Below, one piece after another: positions 1 through 11,297 of a stretch of 64,000 nucleotides of DNA; position 1 is the stretch's first letter, and each line of letters opens with the position of its first letter. Position numbers and translations under genes: made by a program. Below the pieces are notes generated by a model that had not been told where the DNA came from, made no database searches, and worked only from the letters and a program-made list of their open reading frames with translations. The stretch comes from Amphiscolops sp. MND2022. Taxonomy: Eukaryota. The stretch covers positions 25,236,001-25,300,000 of the forward strand of contig OZ076409.1 of NCBI GenBank assembly GCA_964187785.1. The letters are read 5' to 3'.

Positions 1-35
1 TTGTCGAAGTATCCCATCCTGCTTTCTCATCCAAT
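1..35 (-). CDS. Laminin gamma-like chain, exon 6 (partial, runs off the window)
   Basis: ggttttag acceptor at 37-36 in phase 2 gives YSFR|LDEKAGWDTST, continuing the L4 domain. Confidence 0.75.
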
Positions 36-866
36 CTAAAACCAAGAGAATGAAAATGAATCATTTCATGGCATCCGAGTTCAAATAGTCGACATATGAA
101 AAATAAAAATGAGCAAGAGATCCTTTAAAACTGTTGTAGATCAACCACGGAAGTAGAAACAAGCTACTATTGTTCGGCGCCCTCTTAAGACGCAAAGAGA
201 GCTAAGTATTCTAACTATGCTCATGCTTGTGTTTTTGGAGATAATCTCACAGTTCCGAAAATATTCAAATGGAAGACCCTTTGGAGCCATCAAATACTTT
301 TTCCTAGCTGAAAATGAAAAATAACAAAAGCGGCCATTTAGAGGAGTGGGAAAACCACAAAGTCACGTAATGTTCAAAATCCAAAGAGGGCCTTTTGGTC
401 TTTAAGCTTTTCAATTCAGACAAAAAAGAAAAATTAAAGGGCCTTTGTTAGATCGTACGCGTACTGTAAAATTTTTCGGTCAGTTCGAGATTGAAAGTGA
501 AAACGACGAACAGCCACTATAGATGATCCATACTTCAGATAACGCGGACTAGAAATACAAATTCTGTTGAAGTTGGCGAGACCTGTGGTGTGAAGAAACA
601 ATCAGCCTCTGTAAGAATGGGAAACTTTTCTTTATATAAAAAACGAAGACCGAAATGATAACGTGCATCTTTTTTAATGGTTGACATTGCCTTTGGTATG
701 GAATATTCTTCAAAATTATACCGAGAGAAAAATTACATACATAACATATATCACCAAACATTGTCATTGAGCATGCATTGAACTCAGCTGTGGGTTTCCG
801 AATGCCACTAGGTTTGATGGAAAGGTTAAATACATAACATTGTACTCATGATAGATTTTGGTTTAC

Positions 867-1260
867 CTGAAGGAGTACGAGTTCCACTGATGAGCCTTGG
901 GTGCTGGGTTGTTGTGCCAATTCAAACCAGCTGTTATCCACTTCAGTTCACGTCCAATTTTGCCTTCGATGATCAAATCTCGAGAGGTGAAAAAGCTCTC
1001 TTGAATGTCACCCACTGGTTTGAGTTCAAAACTCAGCTGCAAACCATAACTCATGATTCGGTTCCCTGCGAACTGTTCGGGTAACTGAAAGTAGATAGGG
1101 CTATAATTAGGACCAATTTTACAGTTGCCTCCATTTTTGGAAGGGGAGGAATCCAAACTCATGTGGCGTTCACTTGCTGATCCTTCCAGAATAAGGTTGC
1201 ACTCCGATCCAGTCAAGTCTGTGGCCTTCCATCCAGCTATATCAAAGCCGTATTGCCTTC
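867..1260 (-). CDS. Laminin gamma-like chain, exon 5 (L4 / domain IV)
   Basis: ttttgcag acceptor in phase 1; YFQLPEQFAGNRIMSYGLQLSFEL and DLIIEG L4 motifs; GTAAAC donor, phase 2. Confidence 0.9.
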
Positions 1261-1783
1261 CTGCAAAAATATTATCAATCAATCGATCAAGACAATCAAT
1301 CAAAATAGCCCAAAAAGAGTCAAACTTCAATATAGCTGAAAATCAACGGGACTTTTAACTGATCCACAGAAAATCAGGTTCAATGAGTTCAATCCAGCTT
1401 TGTTTAATTTTCGATATTTATTTTTTACTGAACATTTTGTTAGTTATTCGGTACAAAACTGGAAACTAAAATTTACAAGTTAATCATTATTAATCAGAAA
1501 AGTAGCGCAATAGGTAACTTACAAAGTAGTTTTTAGTGACAACTTTTTTGGATTGTTGGTATAAAATTGGCCATTTCCTGCCGAGCGAGCAATTTCCCTA
1601 ATTGACAAAGAGCTTTTACGGACATTATTACTGAAAACTCGGTGAATAGTGACAATTTAGACTTTTTGAAGGTAAATATCAAATGATTCAGTGAATTGCA
1701 CAGTCTGGAGATGAGATCAACCGGGTTCAATCTGAGTTTCCATGGAATTTTTCTCTAAATACAGGGAAGAGAGTCAAACTAAC

Positions 1784-2748
1784 CTATTCCAGAAAAATCA
1801 GAAAGCATCTTTGTGACCCTGTAAGGATCGGTAGATGGTATACAGTCGAATGTGTGATTGGAACAAAAGCAAGCCTTGCAACCGAACTCATCATCGGCAC
1901 GGAGATCGAAGTGACCAGGAATACATTCAGAACATGTTTGGCCCTTCACATTCTCCTTGCACGGACATTGGCCAGTGGAATAATCACAGGAATTAACACC
2001 ACCTCGGGTACCTTCTGGGTTGCATTCACATTTCAAGCAGCCCTCTTCATTCCCGAAACCGTAATATTCAGGCAAACACTCGTCGCAAAACTCGCCAGTG
2101 ACTCCAGCTTTACAAAGACACATTCTGTTGAAGCTGCAATCAGTTTGCAAGGACCCCAACGAATTACAGCCACAGCTCTCACATTGGCCTTGACTTCCTC
2201 TGAAAAACCCAGGTTTGCAGAGTTCACAGTTTTGACCCAGTGAATTGTTTCTGCAGTTAACACAGACACCGCCGTTTTTGCCGCCATTTAGTTCCCAAAC
2301 TCTATGATCAAATTCGCAATCTGCCGAATTTCCGTTGCAATCACAGACAGTACATGTGACCCATTTTTTGGAATTTTCTCGGGTGAAACTTCGCCAAGGT
2401 TCACTGTAATAGTTTTTAGCACATCTTTCACAGTTTGTTCCCTCTGTGTTGTGTTGACAGTTACAAGTTCGGTTTAAAGGATTCTGCATTTCACAGAAAC
2501 TAGCGTGGCCATTACAGAAACATCTTCCCAATACAGATATGTCACTGATTGCATAATAGTACACGTTGCCAATGTCATAGTCATTAGAGGCGCCTCCAGA
2601 AACTGAATGAAGTTTCATCAGAGCGAATTTCAGAAAACGAGCTATTTGGGTCCTTCGCGAAGGTTCAAAGACAACTTTTCCTCCACTCATCGGTGACCGA
2701 TCTGATTGTCTTTGGTCACAATGCACACTGTCCGGGTTGAAAGAATAG
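1784..2748 (-). CDS. Laminin gamma-like chain, exon 4 (LN C-terminus, LE1-LE4 and N-half of LE5)
   Basis: ttctag acceptor in phase 2; YYYAISDISVLGRCFCNGHA motif; four 8-Cys laminin EGF repeats followed by FCSNHTFDC; GTTAGT donor, phase 1. Confidence 0.95.
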
Positions 2749-2914
2749 CTAGAACAACAATAAAAGTAGAGCATGACAGACAAACACTTCATGGCAATGA
2801 AAAAATCATCTTTAATATCTTTAAAGTTTGCAGTAGATGCCAATCTTAGCAGCCAAAATGCTAATTTCGAAAACTCACAAAACCGCGGATAAGCAAAATC
2901 GCCACCTTTTACTA

Positions 2915-3272
2915 CAGGGTCTTTCAGAAATTTTGTGTCGAAACTATCTTCAAACTGTGAGAAATTGTTCAAATTTAAGAAAAACAATGGAACTTTTGAT
3001 GTTTTTTGTTTCGCTCAATTTTGTAGAGTGGAAATTTCAATTTTTCACACTTTTGCGGCCATGAACCAACTTGCTGAATATTTGGAAGCGAATTCAGCTG
3101 CGTGAAGATCAGAATGGAGGTCATTTCCAGCAGCTAATGTAGAATGAACTTTTAATGTATCAAAACAAAAGTTCCATATACTGTTCAAAATCTGTTAAAA
3201 ACTAGTTACGTCATGAATAGTAGTTATTAAGATTTTCGAAATTGAAGTTGACATAATTTCTGAAAGACCCTG
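2915..3272. mobile_element. Tc1/mariner-like MITE in laminin intron
   Basis: TA|CAGGGTCTTTCAGAAAT ... ATTTCTGAAAGACCCTG|TA terminal inverted repeats with TA duplication. Confidence 0.75.
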
Positions 3273-3789
3273 TAGTTTTTCATAGTTGCCAGCAACTTTC
3301 ATTATTATTTTCTACAAAATTTTCATGCAAAAATACTTTCCTGTTGTATTCGACGTTCATCAATCTTGCTTGAAATCTTCAAAAAATGGGCCGCAATTTC
3401 AATCCGCGAAGTCTTGCAGTTTTATTATGTATGCATGTTTAATTATTGAATGCAGTTGAAAACTTTTCAAAATTGCCACCATTTTATTGCAAAGTAACTT
3501 CAGTCACGTTCTGAACTACTAATTAGTGCCATCTTTCAGCGTTCTATTGGAAAAGCGGTGATTAAATCAGATGAGTAGTTCAAAGTCAAAGTGTGAAAAC
3601 AACGTGATCGTGTCGGTGACAAAGCGGAAAAACTTTTCAATTCCCATTTCAATAGTGAAAACTGCAGTGTAACCCAGAAGATGTACCGCCTGAATCTTAC
3701 AGAATTCTCAAGATTTCATAGAATATTGCCCTGCATGCAGGCCTGCAGCATTTAAAAAGTTCCAGCAGTGTCGACTATGGAATATAAGG

Positions 3790-4267
3790 GTTTAGTATCA
3801 TTTCACCCCACGTTCATTTCATCCCACATTCATTTCACCCAAATTCATTCACCCCACATTTAAATTATTGCCACACAATTTCAATCTAATAGAAAAGCGT
3901 CTTGAATCTAATTACCAATTAGATAAGCAAACTATGCTGGCTATGTGAACCACAAAATCGGAACCGAAATGTTTGACTTGTCGGAATTGTAATACTTCTG
4001 AACAAGGCGCTGAAAAAATCTTTTTCTTTCTGTCAATCAAAATCTTCAACTATATATGCTGCGAATCTTCAGCAAAAAATTTCCTATTACGTTTTCCTAC
4101 GGCAAAAAATTTCCTGGAGGACAGAAACCTCAAAGCTAACTCAAAGAGAGTAGGCATCAAAGTTTAATTGTTAATAGGCTAATTAACGTGAGTCGCTTTT
4201 GTATAAATACAATATGGTGTGAAATGAATGTGGGGTGAAATGAACGTGGAGTGAAATGATACTGAAC
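3790..4267. mobile_element. MITE with ~60 bp TIRs built from CATTTCACCCCAC-like subrepeats
   Basis: gtttagtatcatttcaccccacgttcatttc... mirrors ...gaaatgaacgtggagtgaaatgatactgaac; no clear TSD. Confidence 0.65.
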
Positions 4268-4662
4268 AGACATCAGCTACTTAAGTAGACGAATCAGGTG
4301 CTTGGTTACCGAGAGACAAAATGGTAGTCGCACATGCATAAAACGACCGCCATGATTCATTTTTCAGCCTACACAGAAAAAAATTATTATTAAATATCTC
4401 GGTTAGATCATAATGGAAAGTATGGACAAAAAGTTGAAGAAACGACCCGAAGCCTTAAATATCTGGAATTAGACCTTTCTAAACTTGATGAATTTGACAC
4501 AGCGTCAAGGTAAGATCAATAAAACTTTCATACCATTTCACAGACCTGGAACTTTGCAATAATACCAATCTAAACATCTCTACTGCAAATAAATCAGTGA
4601 TAACAAAATCCGTTCACATATTTCATTGAGCTGAAAGAAATGCTCTACGTTTTGAGACTTAC

Positions 4663-5063
4663 CCTCCAAACCAAGGATCCCGGTTAAAGACTGAGTAGCA
4701 CGAAGCACTGTAGTACTGCATAGGAGCCCAGTCTTCGTCAGACGAATTTCTGCCCAGAATAACCATACTATGCGGTCTCGGCGATTGGAAAGTCAATGAT
4801 ATCTTTCCTATCTCTGTCATGACACCCAGATCAATGGTAACATTGACCTCCATGTCAACTGTTGATGTATACCTGTTTGTGACGGCATTTTTGCCATCTG
4901 CAGACCCACTGACCCAAAAGGTCAGGTCATCTTTGTCAACAGCCGAGGTCACAGGGTGAAGTGGGACATCAGAGCTGACGGTACAGTCTTCAGACGAAGT
5001 TGAAACTTTTCCTGTTTCAGTGGTTGTATATCGTAGGAATTGAGTATCACAGGTAGAAGAAGC
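4663..5063 (-). CDS. Laminin gamma-like chain, exon 3 (LN domain)
   Basis: ccttag acceptor; ASSTC...VNVTIDLG...FQSPRP.SM.I...W.PMQYYSASC motifs; GTAAGT donor, phase 2. Confidence 0.92.
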
Positions 5064-5360
5064 CTAAGGAAACATCCGATTTTCGTCTACGAAACAAAAA
5101 TTTTATCAAATTGGGAAACATTTAAAGCTAAATATTTTTCACGGGAAATCATTCATGGGCAAAAGATATTGCCACCATGAAATCAGACCTATTGTGGGCC
5201 AGACATTCTTTAATCCAAGAGTGGAGGATTTTTACGTGAATATCTGCAACACAGCCGACCAATTCCTATACAAAGATTGTAAGTGATAGTCGTATTGGTA
5301 ATTATTTTCAAAACTTTTAATGGGATTAGCAGAGAAGCGAACGAGTTCGAAATCACAGAC

Positions 5361-5450
5361 CTGTATATCGACATTTTTAGCGACCTCTTGATCACCGGGA
5401 AAGCAGGCAGTTGCAGCTCCAGAGGTTTGGTCATAGCATGAAAGTTGAGC
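5361..5450 (-). CDS. Laminin gamma-like chain, exon 2 (AQLSCYDQTSGAATACFPGDQEVAKNVDIQ; start of LN domain)
   Basis: tttaaag acceptor, GT donor at 5360, 90 nt, phase 0/0; the C-YD...C-x-P pattern leads into ASSTC of the next exon as in laminin/netrin LN N-termini. Confidence 0.85.
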
Positions 5451-5526
5451 CTTTAAACAACAAAACTATTAGCAATCAGCGAAACCAGGCCAAAGTTTTA
5501 GAAAATCTGGATAAAAAGTCACTTAC

Positions 5527-5592
5527 TTTGAATGAAAAAGTATACGTTGTGGTCCATGTTATAGACAATAGAAAAAGTCTCAGCGTGATCAT
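5527..5592 (-). CDS. Laminin gamma-like chain, coding exon 1 (signal peptide MITLRLFLLSITWTTTYTFSFK)
   Basis: ATG at 5592, 22 codons with a hydrophobic core, GTAAGT donor at 5526, phase 0 matching the next exon; missed by the ORF track. Confidence 0.75.
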
Positions 5593-6274
5593 GACATGAA
5601 AGCATCTGAAAAGGAGATCAAGTCAAATAGATATTGACCATGAATTTGATTTATCGACGTCGATCATTGATAGACCTTAAGTTACTGAGACCATAAATTA
5701 TGTAGTGAATATCATTTTAGATGAATACCCCTTAATTCTTCTAATAATTATTTCATCTGAAGTATAGTACCTAAAGAATTCATCAACTTTGCAGAATTAT
5801 GAAGTTTTTAGTTTGCTAATTCAATTATCACTGGGAAATTGCTTCCGGCGTCGCAAAAAACCCTCTGAAGCTAAGTTATATTACAGCAACTGGAAACATC
5901 CAAAGAAGCTTTTCAAAAAAAAATCAAATTATATAAATTTCAAGAAATGAATTTTTTCCGAGCTCAGGCAGTCCCAAGGTAGCTGAACTAGTCGACAAGC
6001 TCCAAATCTATTAGTGTCGACATCTGGTAGTGCAGTTGCTGAGCCAGAACATCGATCGCAGACATAAGTTCTCATTCGTGAAAGACTACCCGAGGCCACG
6101 GTACATCGTTTTTGAACCCGAGGGAGCTTCTAAATGAATGCCGACCCAGAAAGACTATTTCCAAAAAAACAATGAACTACTTTTCGTCGTTTTTTCATCA
6201 GAACTGTGACACATCTATATTGCATAGGCAAATGGACAGGATTTCTAAAAATCCTCAGAGAAAATGTTAACTGG

Positions 6275-7072
6275 AACAAGCCGGGACCGGCCCAAGTCGG
6301 CGCCCTATCTAAGGCTCAAAAATAGCAAAAGGACTTCAAAGTGTCAAAGTATTCTCTTCTAAAGCACCCCAAAAACTCAAAAATTGGACCGGATTGGGGC
6401 GCCAGGGGAACGCTTTGACATTTTTTATCCCTTCTGTCGCAAATCATCAAAAAAATTGAAGGGGGACCCTTTGGTGAAAAACAAAATTGAACAAAAGTCT
6501 TAATTCCGAAAAAAAACTGAAAGGGGGGCCTTTTGGTATTTTTCAACATCCATTCTGCCGCAAAACTCCAGAAAAAATGAAGACGGAACCTTTACGGAAA
6601 GTTTTTTTGTCTAAAAAGTCGCACTATGTCGAAATAATGAAAAAAACATATTGAAAATAATTTTACCGATTTTTTTAAAAATTTATTTTTTGAAGTCTCC
6701 GGTAAGTCGCCTAGTGCCAAAAATGTAAAAGAGGGGGCCCTTTGGGATTTTTTGAAGGTCCATTCTGTTGCAAAATATCAAAAAAATTGAAGGGAGGACC
6801 CTTTGGAGACAATAAAAAAATTTGCGAAAAAGAGTCTCACAAAGCCGAAATAACATGCACAAAAAATTTGGTCAAGGGTGAAACGTCCTTCTGCTTAGCA
6901 GACATCAAAAACTATCCTAATTAACCTCTATGCTAAGCGGCAGTAGAAGTTAAAAGTGTGGCAGTTGGTGGACGCAGCTTATAAAGCTTAAGAAATCTGT
7001 CACTTCGTTGGTCTTAAAAAAGAAATGTCACAGCTATAGTCTGCGTTTTCTACGAAAAGCGCCGACTAAAAA
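6275..7072 (-). mobile_element. Helentron-associated non-autonomous element (HINE/DINE-1-like)
   Basis: Subterminal inverted repeats AGTCGGCGC/GCGCCGACT, terminal hairpin plus CTTGTT end, T-rich flanks, internal AAAGGGG-ACCCTTT palindromic units; the family recurs throughout the window. Confidence 0.65.
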
Positions 7073-7779
7073 GACTGGTCGTATTTAATTGACACTTCTA
7101 AGTCAAATCGCAAGACTAGTACAGTTACTACTTTCTTCAAGACTGACACGAATGCGACGAAACGGATAGGACGGGTGATATGAACCCTCCAGCCTGAAAA
7201 CTAAAGTGTACCAACGGAGGCTGAAGTGTCTTCTCTATATGTGTTCATTATTAGTCGGCGCTTTATGAACTACAGTTACTACTTTCTTCAAGACTGACAC
7301 GAATGCGACGAAACGGATAGAACGGATATGGTATCACAAAAGCAAGTTTTTCAACTTTCTGAACTCCAAGCCTGTTGCGAAGATCAGAGTGGATGGACTA
7401 GGCATACCATTTCGAGTGGCAATTTCAGTAATTCTTCAGGAGAAGCTCTTCACTTGACATTTTATAAAATTGCTCATTTTGTCTGTCTACATCGATTACA
7501 TGTACATGAAATAAAAAACCTTTGATCGGACTGTATTTTATTCAAAATAAAACAGTGTTTTAAAACACCCATGTTTTATTTTGGCCAACCCTGATAGCAC
7601 AATCCATACCGGATTTAACGGAAACAGGATATAACGAATTCCGGATATAAGGTTTCCTGGATAATTTTTCAATGCCACAAAGGGTTCCCTCCTTTTGATT
7701 TTTAGAGTTGATACAAAATCATTTTTAAAGCCATTGGATTTTCTCGGCATTGTGAGACCTTATTCTTCCTTTTCGACTT

Positions 7780-8146
7780 AACCAAGCAGCTGTTTCATTC
7801 ACAATACTTTATCATACTTTGTTTGAGCTTTTTTTGGCTCTGCGGTTTTTCCGAAACTTTTATTTGGTCAAAGGGTACCCTACCACTTTCATAGCTTTTT
7901 TCGGCTTGAGAAAAGGTGGTTTTTGAACTGAGTTCCTTTTTCGAACTATAATACTTTTCCGAAAAAAAATCGAATTTTTTTCGAGAAAAGGATTTTTTGT
8001 TTTCATTTGGGGAAAATGTAGTATTTTTATGTGTACCCTTTGGGGTATTTTTCGTCACTGAGAAAGTGATCAAAGTTTGAAAACAGTGTCCTTTGCATAT
8101 TCAAGAAACTTGAGTGGGGCGCCGACTTGGGCTGGTCCGACTTGTC
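7780..8146 (+). repeat. Partial HINE-family copy (3' end GGCGCCGACTTGGGC...CTTGT)
   Basis: Same 3' subTIR and hairpin end as 14290-14317 and 15651-15678. Confidence 0.5.
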
Positions 8147-8818
8147 CTTATCCGATCACAGATCTCACACTGAATGGTCCTTTTTTGAATTTTCGCCTCA
8201 AGTCTACAAACATTCCAGGGGTTCCCCTGACTAATTTTAGCTTTTGCACGAACATTACAGTGCATAGGCAAGCTATTTTGCTGCTTGTCGTGGAATCCGG
8301 GACCACAAAATTGAGAAAAGTAGTGGAATCCAGGACAAAATTTCTCTTTGATGTTAAGCGTGTCTTGGATTCCACGACAGTGCTTGTCCTGGATTCCACG
8401 CCAATACTGCTGCTATAATGACGCTTTTGCCGCTGCTCTCTGATTGGTCCGCTGATTTTGAGTGATTATTGGAAAGGCAAAAGAACTTTTATAATTAAAT
8501 TAATTTTTATATCGATGGAAATTGTTTTGATTGACACGAAAAATCCCGAAGTACGAATAGAGATACTCATCACTGGTACCAAAATTGCAGCATGTCATCA
8601 AAAAATGGCAGATTGTGATGATCTGGTAGTTTGTTCAAAACTACCTCAGACAAAAGTGACCCTTTGCACTTTCTGACACTGGGTGACTTCAAAATTCATT
8701 TCGACCATATTTTCAACAGACTGCGTTTAATCCTCAAAGGGTGCGCGGCACCATCTGGAGACTTTCCCATCTAGATGGCATTACATTCAAAACTTGGAAA
8801 CAGATTTCTAAAAGAAGT

Positions 8819-9295
8819 TTTAGTCGGCGCTTGTCGTAAGCAAAGAGCCCGACTCTTACAGTGGGACAGTTTCCACTCTGAATGGTCTACGTTTTGCAAT
8901 CTTCTAGCCTAAGAACTTGAGTGTACTTTACAGGTTCTTTTGACTTCTCATTTTCACATCACCTACGTCACAGAAAAAGTACTATTCGGGCTTTTCTCGA
9001 CAGTGTACAACTTCTTTCGAAAAAATTTTCATTTCACCAAAGAGTCCTACCTTTGGTTTTCCCCCTGTTTTAACTTCGGAGAAGACGTTTTCTGGATCTA
9101 AAGGGTCACGCTTCGCGACTTTTGTGGGAATTTCCCCCACCAAATTGTTTTTGATGTTTTGAAAGAAAAGCATTTTCTAAAGCCACAGCGCCCCAAATTC
9201 GAGAATTTGTAGAAAGCCACTTTCAGCATATTCATGAAACTTTGCTCTTTTTGAACCACAAGCGAGGCGCCGACTTGATATGTTCTGGTATTAGT
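8819..9295 (+). repeat. Diverged HINE-family copy
   Basis: TTTAGTCGGCGC...CCCGACTCTTACAGTG 5' end and GGCGCCGACTT 3' subTIR. Confidence 0.5.
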
Positions 9296-10556
9296 ATCTT
9301 TACCTAAGCATCAACTAAACGGAAATTTTGACCGATAACCACATTAATGACTCGAAATGTAGTTTTTCAGAGGTGTCCATACAAAACATCGTACAAACGA
9401 ATTTGAACAAATGCATATGTACATACAGCTCATTGATGTAACTGAACGCTGAACCAACTCCTTTAAACAATAATCTTCAATGATTCTATATAAAAAATAC
9501 GATATTCCCCCCGATTTTGAAAACTGACTTTCTCGAAAGTTTAGTAATTCTTAAAAAACTATTTAGCAACCCGGAGATTTCAAAGGTATCCAGAGCAGGA
9601 ACTACTTGACTAGGATTGCAGAGAATCTTAGTGAAATTTCTTTTATGTCCAGTAATTCGCAGAAAAAATAACAATTCAATTAGCAACAATTTTGAGCTTA
9701 CAATTTTTCTAAGTTTTGGAGTTGATTTTACGCCCTTTTCACGCTGTCTCTCTCAGGGCCTATTTTTTGCGAGCCTTGAGCTAGACACATTTGCGCCTGT
9801 TTACATTTTTACTTTTCCAGCATGCGCTCCCCCAACTTGCTTGTTGCAGTGTGGCTTGTTTGTGGAAACAAGACGCCCATTGAGCACCGAATATTTTCTG
9901 CCCTGAGTTATTTTTAGCAAAAACATAGAATAAAGGCTTGTACATGTCTCCTCAAAAATGATGCAGGCGAAACGTTCAAACTTGCATAAAAGTTCACAAC
10001 TTGAAGGGAAAATAATGTTGGAACATCTTTTATTTCAGGCAGTTGTTCTTCAAAACGTTTTTCTACAAATTAATATGCGGCGTAACTAATTTTATCGTCG
10101 TCCAATTCTTTGGAAGCATCTATTTTTAACGGGTAAAAATAGGAGATTAGAGTCTGGCTCCAAAATTCGATTAAAAAATATAACGCCTATGTTCGGTTCC
10201 TCACAGCTTTCATGACATTGTTTGAAACAGCACAAGTTTGGTATCATTTATTATTTACTATTTTTCTCACTTCTGTCCATACCAAGTACCCATGGAAGCA
10301 AATTTTATGTTATACTTACCAACTAAGCAAATTACATTAGTACCAATGGTTTTTGACCGAAATTATTATTCAAGCCGGTAGGTTAGTAGAAGGCACAATC
10401 ATATTTTACTGTTAGTAGAGAAAACCAATACTTTCACTTTTTCAGCACTAACTTTATTATTGCTTTAGCTACCTGTCTACGCACGTGAATCAAGAATTCT
10501 CAGTAGCTAAAACAATTAAATTCAAAAAAACAATATACACAACACAAATTCAACCA

Positions 10557-11297
10557 TCAAAAACTAATACTACAATGTTTATCAAACAATGATACAAGTC
10601 TGCTTCTGCCCTCATTGGTCATAGTGTTACCAGACACATCAACTTTTTCAACATTTTTACAAAATTCGTCATTAGCGGATAACATATGAGTCACGGAATC
10701 ATTCAACGAGCATCTAGCTAAATTGACAACTTTCAACTTATTACAAAAAGAAAACAAATTTCGCACAAAACTAAGAGTAGGGCCCGACATGAAATTATCA
10801 CTGAGGCTCAAAAACTGCAAGCTAGAATACAGAAAGGGGTTTGAAGTTGATACACGGAGACATTCATTCACTATTCGTTTAAGACAATGCACGTCCATGC
10901 GATTCTTAGTTAGCTTCACTTCTTTGAGAAGCGGGCATGTAGCCAAAATGTTTCCAAGAGCGTTGAAATGATCATCGGTCATGTGGATTCTTGTGAACGC
11001 CAGCTGCTTAATGTTACGATATAACGATGCTTCGATTATGGACAACATCATTTCGGGGTTGTGATACTGAAAAGCGCCCAAAATTTCGTACTTGCTCTGC
11101 TCACAGTCTTGTACAATTTGCAGCGCATAGTCACAGATTTCAACTGAGTCGTTTCTCCTGTGACACAAATCTTTGAACTCGTCCATAATTCCTTGTTTTA
11201 GTTGCCAACCAATCACAATACAGAATAGTTCCTTCTTGCCCAAAATCTTCTCATTCAGAACTGAGTCTTTGGAGAGTGAAGCGAGATCGAGACTTTT
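10557..11297 (-). CDS. TONSL: Tonsoku-like protein, full-length terminal exon (end of UBL domain plus LRRs)
   Basis: ttgttcgtgttgcag acceptor in phase 0 matches the donor at 15765; LxxLxLxxN repeats (EVKLTKN, FLSLSDN, VVNLARC, VDVSGN); TGA stop; AATAAA on the minus strand near 10452-10457. Confidence 0.85.
   Translation of the reverse strand, partial: KSLDLASLSKDSVLNEKILGKKELFCIVIGWQLKQGIMDEFKDLCHRRNDSVEICDYALQIVQDCEQSKYEILGAFQYHNPEMMLSIIEASLYRNIKQLAFTRIHMTDDHFNALGNILATCPLLKEVKLTKNRMDVHCLKRIVNECLRVSTSNPFLYSSLQFLSLSDNFMSGPTLSFVRNLFSFCNKLKVVNLARCSLNDSVTHMLSANDEFCKNVEKVDVSGNTMTNEGRSRLVSLFDKHCSISF

Noticed and set aside
2749..2987. N-terminal ~80 aa of ORF 1779..2987 as laminin coding sequence
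   Set aside because: Intronic read-through, partly MITE sequence; the phase-matched acceptor is at 2750-2749
5593..10556. TONSL-laminin operon or additional gene in the intergenic region
   Set aside because: About 5 kb of repeat-filled spacer with no supportable exon; same-strand adjacency alone is not evidence
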